Below, piece by piece: positions 1 through 9,902 of a DNA stretch of 64,000 nt. A model generated the notes under the pieces. The model saw nothing but the letters and a program-made list of their open reading frames with translations, was not told the origin of the DNA and ran no database searches. How positions within the stretch are numbered: the stretch's first letter is position 1; each line of letters opens with the position of its first letter. Made by a program: the position numbers and the translations under genes. Source of the DNA: an uncultured virus (IMG/VR IMGVR_UViG_3300042887_005170) (taxonomy: Duplodnaviria; Heunggongvirae; Uroviricota; Caudoviricetes); IMG/VR virus record IMGVR_UViG_3300042887_005170, one strand, 5' to 3'.

Positions 1-30
1 GGGGCGCGGGGCGCGGGGCGCGGGGCGCGG
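1..30. repeat. (GGGGCGC)n tandem repeat, 4+ copies
   Basis: Read directly at window start. Confidence 0.95.
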
Positions 31-31
31 A

Positions 32-156
32 GCAGAGCCCCGTTAGGACTAGACGGGCAGAGCCCCGTTAGGACTAGACGGGCAGAGCCCCGTTAGGACT
101 AGACGGGCAGAGCCCCGTTAGGACTAGACGGGCAGAGCCCCGTTAGGACTAGACGG
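32..156. repeat. 5 perfect tandem copies of 25-bp unit GCAGAGCCCCGTTAGGACTAGACGG
   Basis: Units start at 32, 57, 82, 107, 132; no spacers; degenerate partial copy at ~246-275. Confidence 0.95.
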
Positions 157-158
157 GC

Positions 159-225
<67 letters not shown>

Positions 226-408
226 GCCCCAGTGCGCGTGACGCTAGCCCCGTTAGCCTAGTTAGGACTAGACGGTCAGGCGGCAGGCGGCGAAAAAGAA
301 ACGCCCCCCGGAGGGCGATGAGAGAGAGGAGGGAACTCCCCGGGGGGCGCGGCGAGGGGTGGTGTTATCCGCTCCTGCCAATAGCCTGAACTAGTCAGGC
401 ATAACTCC

Positions 409-430
409 TAGACCCCAGCGCTGGGGTCTA
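409..430. repeat. Perfect 22-bp palindrome TAGACCCCAGCGCTGGGGTCTA
   Basis: Self-complementary; neighbouring inverted repeats at 384-400 and 481-494/522-535. Confidence 0.9.
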
Positions 431-750
431 AGTCTGTTTTCAATAAACGCATACATAGATACATAGATAAGTTATACTTACTCAGGCTCGCCCTATGCGA
501 AGGAGGACAGCACACGCGCTAAGGGCGAGCCTGAGCTTATCTGCTTTCGCAGAGACGGGTACACCACCACCCGCTAGTTAGTATAAATATACCTCATTAG
601 TTTGTTAGTCAATACTTCTTTTGACTTAAGTCTAACTTTATATTTGAGCGGGCCGGCGGCGCGCAGAATGTAGTTGACGAAGCGACTGATAGTTGATAAT
701 GTGCAACGGCCCAGTACACCGACTGGGCTTCTCAATACAAAGAGGGCAAC

Positions 751-1503
751 ATGGGAAGGCGAAAGAAAGAGCTTAGTGTAAACCTGCCTGCTAAGATGCC
801 GGCGGCTTTGGCCAAGCTCGCTGCTGAGGCTGTGCAGAGCGCGAGAGAAGAACAGCTAGCCGCCGAAAGTCTAATCAGCGGAACTAGCTTCTGCGAAGAT
901 GAAGATGAGGCTCCGGAGTCGCCTGGAGTTGCCATCAACATCAAGGCTCTATGGGGCGCTGTCTGCTCTTGTATTAAGGAGTTTGCTGACGCCAACAGCG
1001 CGAGCTGGCAGGTGAACTGGCCCACTCATGGCAAGGGTATGGCGGGCAACGTCAGCTCGAGAGACAGAAAGACACAAAAGATTTATGTTCGAGCCCCCAA
1101 AACATGGCTAGGTAACGACGACATAACTGCTGCAGAAGCTGTCGTGTACCTGAACCTCAACCTCCACCTTCCAGTTAAAGTAGACTTGTACATCCCTCAA
1201 TCAATCACGCGAAACGGCGGGGCGATACTCGGACTAGCTCTAATCTTAGAGCAGGCTGCCGAACTTGTTACGGCCCTAAACAATATAGACGCTGATGACT
1301 TTAGAGGGGTCCAAGACCCGGAAGATGCCTCGCTGCTCTCCTACAAGAACGCGGACGCGGACTATGAGGACGAGGACGAGACTGTCGGAGCAGATGCCGG
1401 CGTGTCAGAGAGTCAGGTTGAAGATAAAGCTTCTCAGAAGGACAGTGTCTCAACGGGGGGCGTGAGCGCGACCCCCGACGTAGAGGTAGAAGACTTCTTC
1501 TAA
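751..1503 (+). CDS. Hypothetical protein, acidic C-terminus ending EDFF
   Basis: 250-aa ORF, AGAGGG RBS. Confidence 0.75.
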   Translation: MGRRKKELSVNLPAKMPAALAKLAAEAVQSAREEQLAAESLISGTSFCEDEDEAPESPGVAINIKALWGAVCSCIKEFADANSASWQVNWPTHGKGMAGNVSSRDRKTQKIYVRAPKTWLGNDDITAAEAVVYLNLNLHLPVKVDLYIPQSITRNGGAILGLALILEQAAELVTALNNIDADDFRGVQDPEDASLLSYKNADADYEDEDETVGADAGVSESQVEDKASQKDSVSTGGVSATPDVEVEDFF

Positions 1504-1631
1504 CTCAATCGCGCTAGATGTAGCTCCACTCACACAAGGATAAGGACCATGATGAAACCACACAAAGAAAAGAGCAGCGCAGTCGCTAGTCAAACTAGTG
1601 CTACTCTCACTCCGCTTTCCATCGTGTCGAA

Positions 1632-2096
1632 ATGACCCCCTTTAATATCTGCGCTCTTGCTCTTGCGCTCTGGACGGACGGGCAGGAGACTGCCTACGCC
1701 TCTCGCCTCCCTGAGATGCAGGAAGCTTGCGAGAATGTAGTAGTCGAGGCTGAGGCCAAAGGTGTTGACACCTATACTGCTTTGTCTATGGCCTGGGAAG
1801 AAAGTAAGTTTCAGCCCTCCGCTAGGTCGCCAGAAGGTGCCATAGGTGTAATGCAGATCATCCCTAGGTACTGGTGTCCTGGAGGACGTGCTACGGGCTG
1901 TGACCTTACTGAAGCCGGAGTCAACGCCTACTATGTGTTGATGGTTAAGTACAAAGATAGATCAGAAGCATTGTGTCATTACAACAGCGGCAACAGGTGC
2001 AACAGTTCGAGCAGAGGCTATGCTAGAAAGGTAGTCAGGCGAGCAAAGTCTTTAAAGAAAATCGTCGAGACCTGCGAGTACAACTGCGGCTGCTGA
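1632..2096 (+). CDS. Lytic transglycosylase (SLT domain)
   Basis: WEESKF catalytic Glu motif, GAIGVMQI, ALCHYNSG. Confidence 0.9.
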   Translation: MTPFNICALALALWTDGQETAYASRLPEMQEACENVVVEAEAKGVDTYTALSMAWEESKFQPSARSPEGAIGVMQIIPRYWCPGGRATGCDLTEAGVNAYYVLMVKYKDRSEALCHYNSGNRCNSSSRGYARKVVRRAKSLKKIVETCEYNCGC

Positions 2097-2112
2097 CTCC
2101 CCTAAGGATCAG

Positions 2113-2355
2113 ATGTCTAAGTTAGAAAAAGAAAAGGTAAAGATAGAGAGCACCAGATACGAAAAGCTAGTGATGAGTTTAGTATGGCTTGTCTGCTTAG
2201 CGGGCTCGGTGGCAACGGCTTTAATAGCCTATACCCTCCTCATGAAGGGGGCTGTCGTTGCCCCAATCCTTCTCTCGCTGACGGCTCTCTTCCTTTTAAT
2301 CTCGGCCACCGAGACACTCTTAGAGTTCTTAGACAACATAAGTGGTCTGCTCTAA
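2113..2355 (+). CDS. Small two-TM membrane protein
   Basis: Two hydrophobic stretches, AAGGA RBS. Confidence 0.65.
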   Translation: MSKLEKEKVKIESTRYEKLVMSLVWLVCLAGSVATALIAYTLLMKGAVVAPILLSLTALFLLISATETLLEFLDNISGLL

Positions 2356-2426
2356 AGAGCTTGACAGACTGAGACTCTCTGCTAAAGTAGGCGCCGACAC
2401 TAACGCGCCTACTTAAAGGGAGAGCT

Positions 2427-2909
2427 ATGAACATCTTTGTCCTAGACAACGACCCCCACATTGCCGCCTCTCATCACTGCGACAAGCACGTTGTTAAGAT
2501 GATTCTAGAGAGCGTGCAGATGCTCTCTACTGTTAGAGTGCGCTATGGGGCTTCAGCGCCCTACAAGCCATGCCACAAACACCACCCATGCACCCTATGG
2601 GTAGGTGCTAGCAAGGACAATTACATCTGGCTCGTCGAGCTTGCTCTGGCCTTAGGCCAAGAGTTTAAAAAGCGTTATGGCAAGACACACCTCTCCATCA
2701 TCAGGCTCATGGAGATCATAGACCCTCCGCGAGGCATTCCTGACATAGGGCTTACACCTTTCGCTCAAGCTATGCCGGAAGCCTACAAGCGCCCAGGTGA
2801 GGCCGTCGAGGCCTATCGCACTTACTACATCAACGACAAGGCCAGGTTTGCCGTTTGGACTAGAGGGGCTAGTGTGCCGGACTGGTGGCCTGTTGTCTCT
2901 GCCGCCTGA
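2427..2909 (+). CDS. Pyrimidine dimer DNA glycosylase / endonuclease V-like
   Basis: MNIFVLD...HCDKHVVKMILESVQMLST, HPCTLW, FAQAMP, AYRTYY motifs; TTGACA at ~2361 upstream. Confidence 0.9.
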   Translation: MNIFVLDNDPHIAASHHCDKHVVKMILESVQMLSTVRVRYGASAPYKPCHKHHPCTLWVGASKDNYIWLVELALALGQEFKKRYGKTHLSIIRLMEIIDPPRGIPDIGLTPFAQAMPEAYKRPGEAVEAYRTYYINDKARFAVWTRGASVPDWWPVVSAA

Positions 2910-2915
2910 TCTAAA

Positions 2916-4004
2916 TCAGTAGCCTCTGCGGCTGTAGTAGTCGCCGTAGGCGGAGTCGATTGTGTCAGGGTTAGGTGTGCGCTTTCTAATGCGGCGCACG
3001 ATTTCCGGCCCACCAAGATCGTCAGTCTCAAGCATTCTAGCGGGCGGACGAAGCTGTCCTCCCTGCGCATACCTGCTGTGATGGATCTTCATTTTACGGG
3101 CGAGCTTTTCTAGAGCGTCGACAAGCTCTCCCCTTGATCCGGCGAGTTCGCCTCTGCCGTATTGAGCAGGTCTCATTCTAAGCTCTCTGATTGCTGCCTC
3201 TCTGACCATGCCCTTTGCCATAAGATCAGCGATGGCCAGCGAAGCTTCCTCGAAGCGCTGCTCTACAGGGGCCGTGCCGATCGCTCCAGAGAATTGAACA
3301 GCAGATAGAATAAGAACAATTAACTGAGCGGCTAAGTTAGAGGCCAGCGCGGTCCTCTCTTTAGAGAGAGTGTCGCGCGACTCAAATTCCATTGAGAGTT
3401 CCTCAGCGGCCGTGCAGTAGGCTATTGCGAGGTCGAGCACTGAGATAGAGAGCTTCTTTACTATTTTATTGGCTTTAATTTTGTTAGCCTCGAGCGCGAT
3501 CTCAACAACCTCGCGTCTCTTTTTTTCTTTAAAGGCTCTGACGCCGTTGGAATCAGTGGGGTAGTCAGGGTACTTCTTCCGCGCCTCTACCTCGGCTGCA
3601 AGGATCGGGTCATGGCTGACTCCGTCCCTGGCTTCGGTATCTTTTTCTTTACTCAAAAAGTAGTCTCTAAGTCCTCGAGCGCTTCGCGTATAGCCTTCAA
3701 GGGAGGCGACATTATCGAGAGCCAGCTCTTCATCGCGCTCCGAGATCTTTAACGTCTCTCGGCTCTCGCCCTCTAAGCTTACTGCAATAGGGACAACATG
3801 TGCCGCAATGTAAGAGGCCATCATGTAGACTCTGTCTATCTCAGGGCGCGGAGCGTCAGAGCTGCCGGCAAGAGAGTCACGAAGCGCATTGATCACTTCT
3901 GCAGGGACCTGGCCTTCATTGCGAGAGAGACTGCGGACAAGCTCGCTCAGGAAAACGCTTTCTCTTTCGCCAGGGTTTGCGTGTCGGCTGCTGTGTGATG
4001 TCAT
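2916..4004 (-). CDS. Hypothetical helical protein with RHANP and RTPNP motifs
   Basis: 362-aa ORF, GAGG RBS. Confidence 0.75.
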   Translation of the reverse strand: MTSHSSRHANPGERESVFLSELVRSLSRNEGQVPAEVINALRDSLAGSSDAPRPEIDRVYMMASYIAAHVVPIAVSLEGESRETLKISERDEELALDNVASLEGYTRSARGLRDYFLSKEKDTEARDGVSHDPILAAEVEARKKYPDYPTDSNGVRAFKEKKRREVVEIALEANKIKANKIVKKLSISVLDLAIAYCTAAEELSMEFESRDTLSKERTALASNLAAQLIVLILSAVQFSGAIGTAPVEQRFEEASLAIADLMAKGMVREAAIRELRMRPAQYGRGELAGSRGELVDALEKLARKMKIHHSRYAQGGQLRPPARMLETDDLGGPEIVRRIRKRTPNPDTIDSAYGDYYSRRGY

Positions 4005-4124
4005 GTGGCCTCAGTGTCTCAGTAAAACAATGCCATAGCCTAGCTAGCTAAAGCTTATAGTCAAGCAATTGGGTTTAATTCTATTTTAGACTTTGTCTCT
4101 AAGCTATTTCCCAAAGCCTGGCTA

Positions 4125-4424
4125 CTATCGGCCATAGCCGCGACGATGGTAGTAGCCTGGGTTCGGGGCGCGGCTAGGCGCCGCAAATCTCTCCGAGAGC
4201 ACATTTTGGAGCTTGAGCTTCTTATAGAAGTTAGGCGTCTTATGCGTCCTATGAAATCCCATTTTAATCTCTTCGAGCACGAGCGCTTGTAGCATGTCCT
4301 CGAGTTCGTCCGTGCTCAAGGCCTCCAGGTCTTCATATTCCGCGATCTCTCCTTCTAGGAAAGAGATCTGCCTTTTTAATTCTTTAATATTGGCCTGTAT
4401 GCTTTTGATCGAAGCCGAATGCAT
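4125..4424 (-). CDS. Coiled-coil protein with RAPNP motif and GYYHRRGYGR tail
   Basis: 99-aa ORF, GGAGGTG RBS. Confidence 0.75.
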   Translation of the reverse strand: MHSASIKSIQANIKELKRQISFLEGEIAEYEDLEALSTDELEDMLQALVLEEIKMGFHRTHKTPNFYKKLKLQNVLSERFAAPSRAPNPGYYHRRGYGR

Positions 4425-4513
4425 TAAATCACCTCCGTGATCTTAATAAAAAATTGCTTGTAGATAAGAGACCAAGACTAACTTAAAAACTGAAACAGTC
4501 AAATGTGGTAGGC

Positions 4514-7500
4514 TCATCTTCGAGGCCTGCCGGGCAGTGCTACTATTGGGATAGTTATATAGCCCATGCTGCGCCACTCCTCTATCACACGGGCGCACTC
4601 GGGGATCTCTTCGGCATACTTAGGATAAGTAAGACCTACGATCTGCGCTTCGTCGCCGTTGATGAAGGCCTCTTTATGATGGTCAGGCCTGACCTCGAAC
4701 CTGTTGGGCATGAGTCGGCCGAAAACATCTACCGTGCTCCAGACATCGTCTGCGAAAAGCTCAGCCACGCCGTCCATGATGACGCCGAATATTCTGCCCC
4801 CTCGATAGAAGCGTTCCTCGGCATCGCTGTATGGCGAGACACAGAGCTCTCCGTGATACTCAAACTGAGGCTCATCTGTCTGGTGTATCCATAGCCCTTC
4901 AACAAAGCCGATGTAGGCTCCGGCTTCTATAGCACGCTGGCGCTTCTCTACATGTATGTGATCTAGCCATGCGCGGAAAACATTAAGAACAGAGTCTTTG
5001 TTTTCTTCTAGGCCTGAGCAATTATTCCTTTTGGCATAAGCTAAAACCTCAATGATGCCAGGGGTAACTGCCTGTGCATACCTATAGTCTGAGCGTATCT
5101 CTTTGACCCAATCCATAACCTCTTCTGAGTTGAGGTTGAACTTGGCTCCAGTGAAGTCTGAGTCGGCAATAAATAGCTGCGACACCTCGACGCCGCTTAG
5201 ATCGGCACCACGAAAGTTAATGCCTCGCTGCGGCAATGGGGTGCCGCGTATACGCGCATCGCGAAGATCTGCATCCTCAAATATGGCCCCGTCCATAGGG
5301 CAGGAGCTTATGTCTGCGCCAGCCATATTGGCGTCTTTAAAAATAGCTCCGCTCAGATCTGCCCCGGCAAACTTTGCGTCCTCTAGATTTGCGCCTGTGA
5401 AATCAGCGCCAGAGAAATTCAGACATATATCATAGCGATTATTTCTAAAGTCAGCGCCTCGCAGATCCATGCCGCTAAAGTCGACACCGGAGAAGTCTCC
5501 GCTATCTATATCGACGCCTGACCCCATATCGTACTCGAAGCCGTCTGCGCCCCTTATCTCAGGGTTCTTTCTTCTATACTTAGAGACCTTGCGCGCAATC
5601 TTCTTAGGCTGCGGAATGAACTGCGCGCCCGTGCGCATCCCCGCTCGCTTGGCTCGTGAAGTCTCTTTATACTCTTCGTCTGAGAGAGCTTTGATGGCCT
5701 TAGCCGGAAGGTAGCGCTCGCCTGTCTCCAGCGAAGCGCGTCCGCTCTTGGTGCGCCAATCTTGGACGGTCCACTTGTGAAGAGAGTTATCTTTACTCTT
5801 TTTACCTATGTAGCCACCGCCCGCTTCTTTGTACTGGGCCACGGCGAGCTGCGCCTTTCTAGCGCTCCATTGCCCCGGCCGCCCTCCCTTAGAGCCAGCA
5901 GTTATCTTTTTAACGATCTTCTGCCAGAGGGCTTCGTTGGTCCGCTTGGCGGAGACCCTGGGGTTGGGCTCGCGTGAGTCGTCGTCCTCGAGGGCATCCT
6001 CTAGCATCTCCTCCTCTTCTTCCTCTTCGTCCTCCATGATCTCTTCGTACCGAGTGCCGCGCTGGCTGGCTATGAAGGCTGCCATTGCTCTTAGTTCATC
6101 CTCTCTGAGCTTTTCTAATCCAGCAAAGTCAGGAGCTCCGAAGCCTATGCTATTAAGTCTATCTCTAAACGCATCGCGCTCTTCCGCTCGCTCCTCTTCT
6201 GTCATGCTCTCTCTGCGAGCGAGCTCTTCCATGCGCATCTGTTCGATTTCTTTCTTAGTGAAGTAGGCGAGCACGCCTAGCCGGGCGCGCTCGAGCCTTT
6301 CTCTTATTGCGGCATAGCGTATTCGTCTGCTTTCGTTGACTACCGCGCGCTCCTCGGGGGTCATAGCGGCCCTGCGCTCGCGTCTATTTTCGTTAAATGC
6401 CGCGCGCTCCTCTGGGGTCATAGCCCTGTGTTTTTCTACATGATCTAGGCGCTGTTTTTCGTTATAGGCCGCTCGCTGCTCTGGCGTCATGGCGGCGCGG
6501 AATCGTTGCATTCTCTGACGCTCGCTTTCCTTATGGGCCTCCCTCTCCTCAGGGCTCATTGCGTCCAGTTTCCTATGAAAAGACCTGTATTTAATTTCGT
6601 TATCGGCCTTTCGCTCCTCCGGGGTCATAGCCGCTCGCCGATTACGCTCATGTTCTCTAAGCGCTTCTCGCTCCTCTGTGGGCATAGCCGCTAGCTTTCT
6701 AAGCCTTTTTTGGCGCTTGCCTTCAAGATAGTCCGCGCGTTGCTCTGGAGTAAGCGAGAGATGGCGCTGTCTGTCATACGCTGCCTTGGCCGCTTTCTGC
6801 TCAGGGGTCTTAGGCTTACTGGGGTTATCTTCCCGCAAGTCGTCGTCGAAGTCCTCTCCCATATGCTTCTGGATCGCCTTGATGTCGGCCTGATCCTTCT
6901 CTCGGTTGAGTGCCTTCTTGAACGCCAGCGTGGCCTGAAGGCTCGCGAACTGAACCCCATGCTCGATCTGCCTTGTCCCGATCGTAAACTTTGTGAGGCC
7001 GTGTCCGAGGTCATCGATGTTGCCTCCGCCATCGACCTCGTATTTGCCGTGGACCTCGTTGAACTTCTTATTACCCAGGCCCGGCACCACGATGTCAGCG
7101 TCCTTGAGCTCGGGGCGCAGACCGTGGAAGTACATAGCCGCCCCTGCCAGAAGGGCATACGGGGTGTCTTTGGGGAGGCCCTTGGAGACCAGGAAGGACT
7201 CCACAGACTTTTTCACCTCTCGCGCAACTTGAGGATCTGGCTTGTGCGGCGGCCTGGTCTGCTGAGCGGCGTCCTTCAGGTACGCCGACTGCTTTGCCGC
7301 CTTCTGCTCTGGCGTTAGGGCTCTGAATGCGGCCCGTTCTTCTGGCGTCATGGCGGCTCGACGTCTGCGCTCACTCTCAACGTTTCTGGCCTTCTGCTCT
7401 GGCGTCATGGCGGCCCGTCGTTTACGCTCGCGCTCAACGACGGCGGCCCTCTCCTCGGGTGTCTTAGGCTTCCCCGGGTTATACTCCCGAGAGTAGTCTA

Positions 7501-7612
7501 ACTCTCCGAACTCTTCGAAGAGTTCATCTAAAAGAGACTCTTCTTCTATCAGCTCCGGCCTACTGTAGGCGTCACCGATAGAGTAAAAGTGGTTAGGGTA
7601 GCGGAAGCTCAT
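4514..7612 (-). CDS. Modular 1032-aa protein: (M)TPEER repeats, nucleotidyltransferase-like domain, DUF5872-like domain, pentapeptide repeats
   Basis: ~13 TPE(E/Q)R repeats; AGAAMYFHGL..KDADIVV...REKDQADI; GSKGGRPGQWSARKAQ...GGGY; A(D/N)LxG/FxGAD pentapeptides. Confidence 0.85.
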   Translation of the reverse strand: MSFRYPNHFYSIGDAYSRPELIEEESLLDELFEEFGELDYSREYNPGKPKTPEERAAVVERERKRRAAMTPEQKARNVESERRRRAAMTPEERAAFRALTPEQKAAKQSAYLKDAAQQTRPPHKPDPQVAREVKKSVESFLVSKGLPKDTPYALLAGAAMYFHGLRPELKDADIVVPGLGNKKFNEVHGKYEVDGGGNIDDLGHGLTKFTIGTRQIEHGVQFASLQATLAFKKALNREKDQADIKAIQKHMGEDFDDDLREDNPSKPKTPEQKAAKAAYDRQRHLSLTPEQRADYLEGKRQKRLRKLAAMPTEEREALREHERNRRAAMTPEERKADNEIKYRSFHRKLDAMSPEEREAHKESERQRMQRFRAAMTPEQRAAYNEKQRLDHVEKHRAMTPEERAAFNENRRERRAAMTPEERAVVNESRRIRYAAIRERLERARLGVLAYFTKKEIEQMRMEELARRESMTEEERAEERDAFRDRLNSIGFGAPDFAGLEKLREDELRAMAAFIASQRGTRYEEIMEDEEEEEEEMLEDALEDDDSREPNPRVSAKRTNEALWQKIVKKITAGSKGGRPGQWSARKAQLAVAQYKEAGGGYIGKKSKDNSLHKWTVQDWRTKSGRASLETGERYLPAKAIKALSDEEYKETSRAKRAGMRTGAQFIPQPKKIARKVSKYRRKNPEIRGADGFEYDMGSGVDIDSGDFSGVDFSGMDLRGADFRNNRYDICLNFSGADFTGANLEDAKFAGADLSGAIFKDANMAGADISSCPMDGAIFEDADLRDARIRGTPLPQRGINFRGADLSGVEVSQLFIADSDFTGAKFNLNSEEVMDWVKEIRSDYRYAQAVTPGIIEVLAYAKRNNCSGLEENKDSVLNVFRAWLDHIHVEKRQRAIEAGAYIGFVEGLWIHQTDEPQFEYHGELCVSPYSDAEERFYRGGRIFGVIMDGVAELFADDVWSTVDVFGRLMPNRFEVRPDHHKEAFINGDEAQIVGLTYPKYAEEIPECARVIEEWRSMGYITIPIVALPGRPRR

Positions 7613-7616
7613 AGTG

Positions 7617-7853
7617 CTACTCGTAGAATTGCGCCTCGACGCTGGTCACGCGCTTGTCCAGCTCCTGGATGCTTTCTCTTAGGCCCTCAACCTCTTCAGT
7701 CTTAATCTGAAGGTCTTGCTCAAGCTGGATTGCTTTCTTTTCAGCCCGGTCCGCTTTGCGCTCTGCGACTACGAGCGCGGCTGTGGTCGTAAATGACCCG
7801 ATCACCGATACGATGAGCCAGAACTTTGTGCTTTTAACTAATTTGTTTTTCAT
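7617..7853 (-). CDS. N-terminal TM anchor + coiled-coil protein
   Basis: Likely start MKNKLV after AAGAGGA RBS; hydrophobic segment followed by heptads. Confidence 0.65.
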   Translation of the reverse strand: MKNKLVKSTKFWLIVSVIGSFTTTAALVVAERKADRAEKKAIQLEQDLQIKTEEVEGLRESIQELDKRVTSVEAQFYE

Positions 7854-7875
7854 GTTTGTCCTCTTGGGTTTGTTA

Positions 7876-8433
7876 CTATTCTTCGGTGCCGCCAAAGTCT
7901 ACGACAACATCGCCGATGCTGCAGGCAAGAACTAGGTTGAAGCCTCGGCGGTGCTTTCCTCGCTTCTCTTTGCACTTAAAGTCTTCTTTGAAGGTGTGCG
8001 TGAGCGTGTGCTCCTTCATAAAAGAATCTGGAATCTTCCTCTGTCCGGCTGGCGACCTAGCTCCCTTACTTTTGAACTCGCTCGCGTGGGGGTAGGGGAA
8101 GGCGCCTATGCTGCCTGAGTCGACGCCGAGGCTGCGTTTGTACTTGCCGTTAACGTAAGCCTCGTAGGTGCCGTCGCCACCGAAGTCCGCAGTGAAATAG
8201 AAACAGATGCCTGTCGCAACATCTTCGTACATGCCAGTCTTTTCGACAGGCGGAGTATATTTAGTACCGTAGAAAATTATATTTATGACCTCGTAGCTAT
8301 ATGAGTCCTCTTTGAGCTTGGACTGCAAATAGCAGAGGTCGCCGATGTAATACTTGCCGGCGGGGAGCTCTTTGATCTTTTTTATTGTGTAGTCTATGTA
8401 ATCGTCGACTATAATTTTATGTTTTTTGGCCAC
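7876..8433 (-). CDS. Conserved phage hypothetical protein
   Basis: GKYYIGDLCY...GGDGTY...GVDSGSIG motifs; GTG start with GGAG RBS. Confidence 0.75.
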   Translation of the reverse strand: MAKKHKIIVDDYIDYTIKKIKELPAGKYYIGDLCYLQSKLKEDSYSYEVINIIFYGTKYTPPVEKTGMYEDVATGICFYFTADFGGDGTYEAYVNGKYKRSLGVDSGSIGAFPYPHASEFKSKGARSPAGQRKIPDSFMKEHTLTHTFKEDFKCKEKRGKHRRGFNLVLACSIGDVVVDFGGTEE

Positions 8434-8485
8434 GCTTAACTCCAGTTCGTGTTACTGTCTTTGGCTATTGGCTCTAAGGGCGGCA

Positions 8486-9154
8486 TTAGTTCCGCCAGAG
8501 GCCCACTACCTGGTACAGTGAGCCGTCAGACGTGAGCGAAATTATATTACCCGCATCTCTAATCGCTGCGGTGTATTCATCATAGGCTATGATTATGGGC
8601 ACAGGGGAAAATCCGCTGGAGGTCGACTGCTTGTAAGCCAGCGAAAGCGCGCTCACGGGCGAGGCAATTACTGGGCTGTTCGCAATACAAAAAACCTCTG
8701 TATACGTAGCTGCCCCTTCCGTCCCAGGCGGGACTACATTTCCCTGCGCAGGAAAGCCTGTGCAAAAAATGCCGGTGTCTGCTGTGTAACCAGAAAGAAC
8801 CTTTCCCTGGATGGGGATGGTAGCCAAAGTGCCGCCGCCGGGCGCTGTGGTTAAGAAGTCGACGCCGAGCGTATTTGCGGCTCCTGCCGAAAACTGCAAG
8901 TTTGTGTTCGTGTCGGTAGCTCGAAGTTCAAGAATGGCGGGGATATCGCTCGTGAACAATAGTAGATCAACGTAGCTCACATTATTCAGGTCTATGGTCG
9001 GAGTAATAGTATCCGGGGTAGTGAAGTTGCAGACTGTCGCCGTAAATGCGGACCAAGGGTAAAGCCCCTGCGCGTTCGCCGTTCCGGGCGATGCCGGGTC
9101 GGGGTAACGTTTGTAGGCGGTGCCGCCGAGGATTTTTTCTGTGCCTTGTGACAT
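8486..9154 (-). CDS. RYPDP-family beta-rich protein (paralog 1), putative structural
   Basis: LGGTAYKRYPDP..GLYPWS...YTAAIRDAGN..YQVVGLW. Confidence 0.85.
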   Translation of the reverse strand: MSQGTEKILGGTAYKRYPDPASPGTANAQGLYPWSAFTATVCNFTTPDTITPTIDLNNVSYVDLLLFTSDIPAILELRATDTNTNLQFSAGAANTLGVDFLTTAPGGGTLATIPIQGKVLSGYTADTGIFCTGFPAQGNVVPPGTEGAATYTEVFCIANSPVIASPVSALSLAYKQSTSSGFSPVPIIIAYDEYTAAIRDAGNIISLTSDGSLYQVVGLWRN

Positions 9155-9163
9155 TTTTAAACC

Positions 9164-9847
9164 TTAGCTGGTCCAGAGGCCTACGACCTGGTAGAGTGAC
9201 CCATCGCTCGCTTTTATTATGTTACCAGCATCCCTGATGGCCTCTGTGTAGGATCCATAAAGAATCATTACTGGAACGGGCGCAAAGGCGCTGCTTGCTG
9301 CCTGATCAAACGCGAGCGAAAGAGAGCTGCCGGGCGAGGCTATTACGGAGGAATTACTTAAACAAATAACCTCTGTATAAGTAGCGGCCCCTCCGCCGCC
9401 GCCAGGCACAAGAGATTCGCCCTGCGCAGGAAAGCCTGTGCAAAATACGTCCGCGCTCGGGCCCGTATAGCCGGCTAACACCTGCCCCTGATTAGTTATT
9501 GTTGCTGAGGTAGCCCCGCCTGGGGTCGTGAAAAGCTGTGGATAAGAAAGCGTGTTAGCTGCCGTCGAACTAGCTTGTAGGCTTGTTCCAGTAAGCACGC
9601 CCGTGTCTGTGGTTCTTACCTGCAATATCGCGGGGACATCACTGGTAAACAAAAGAAGATATACGGGGGCGTTTAGGCCTTCGTATGGGTTAGGCTTAGC
9701 CCCAGGCTCCGCGTAATCGCAAAGAGGCGCCTTGAACACAGACCACGGGTAGAGCCCTTGAGCGTTAGCCGTTCCGGGCGATGCCGGGTCCGGGTAACGC
9801 TTATAGGCGGTGCCGCCGAGGATTTTTGTTGTGCCTTGTGTGGCCAC
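9164..9847 (-). CDS. RYPDP-family protein (paralog 2)
   Basis: Same N- and C-terminal motifs. Confidence 0.85.
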   Translation of the reverse strand: MATQGTTKILGGTAYKRYPDPASPGTANAQGLYPWSVFKAPLCDYAEPGAKPNPYEGLNAPVYLLLFTSDVPAILQVRTTDTGVLTGTSLQASSTAANTLSYPQLFTTPGGATSATITNQGQVLAGYTGPSADVFCTGFPAQGESLVPGGGGGAATYTEVICLSNSSVIASPGSSLSLAFDQAASSAFAPVPVMILYGSYTEAIRDAGNIIKASDGSLYQVVGLWTS

Positions 9848-9902
9848 GCTTAGCTCCAGTTCGTGTTACTATCTTTAGCCGTTGGCTTTAAGGGCGGCAT
9901 TG

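Noticed and set aside
32..156. 25-bp repeats as a CRISPR array
   Set aside because: Units are contiguous with no spacers; no cas genes
5103..7318. Multiple plus-strand ORFs over the 1032-aa gene
   Set aside because: Shadow ORFs of repetitive coding sequence with no independent motifs
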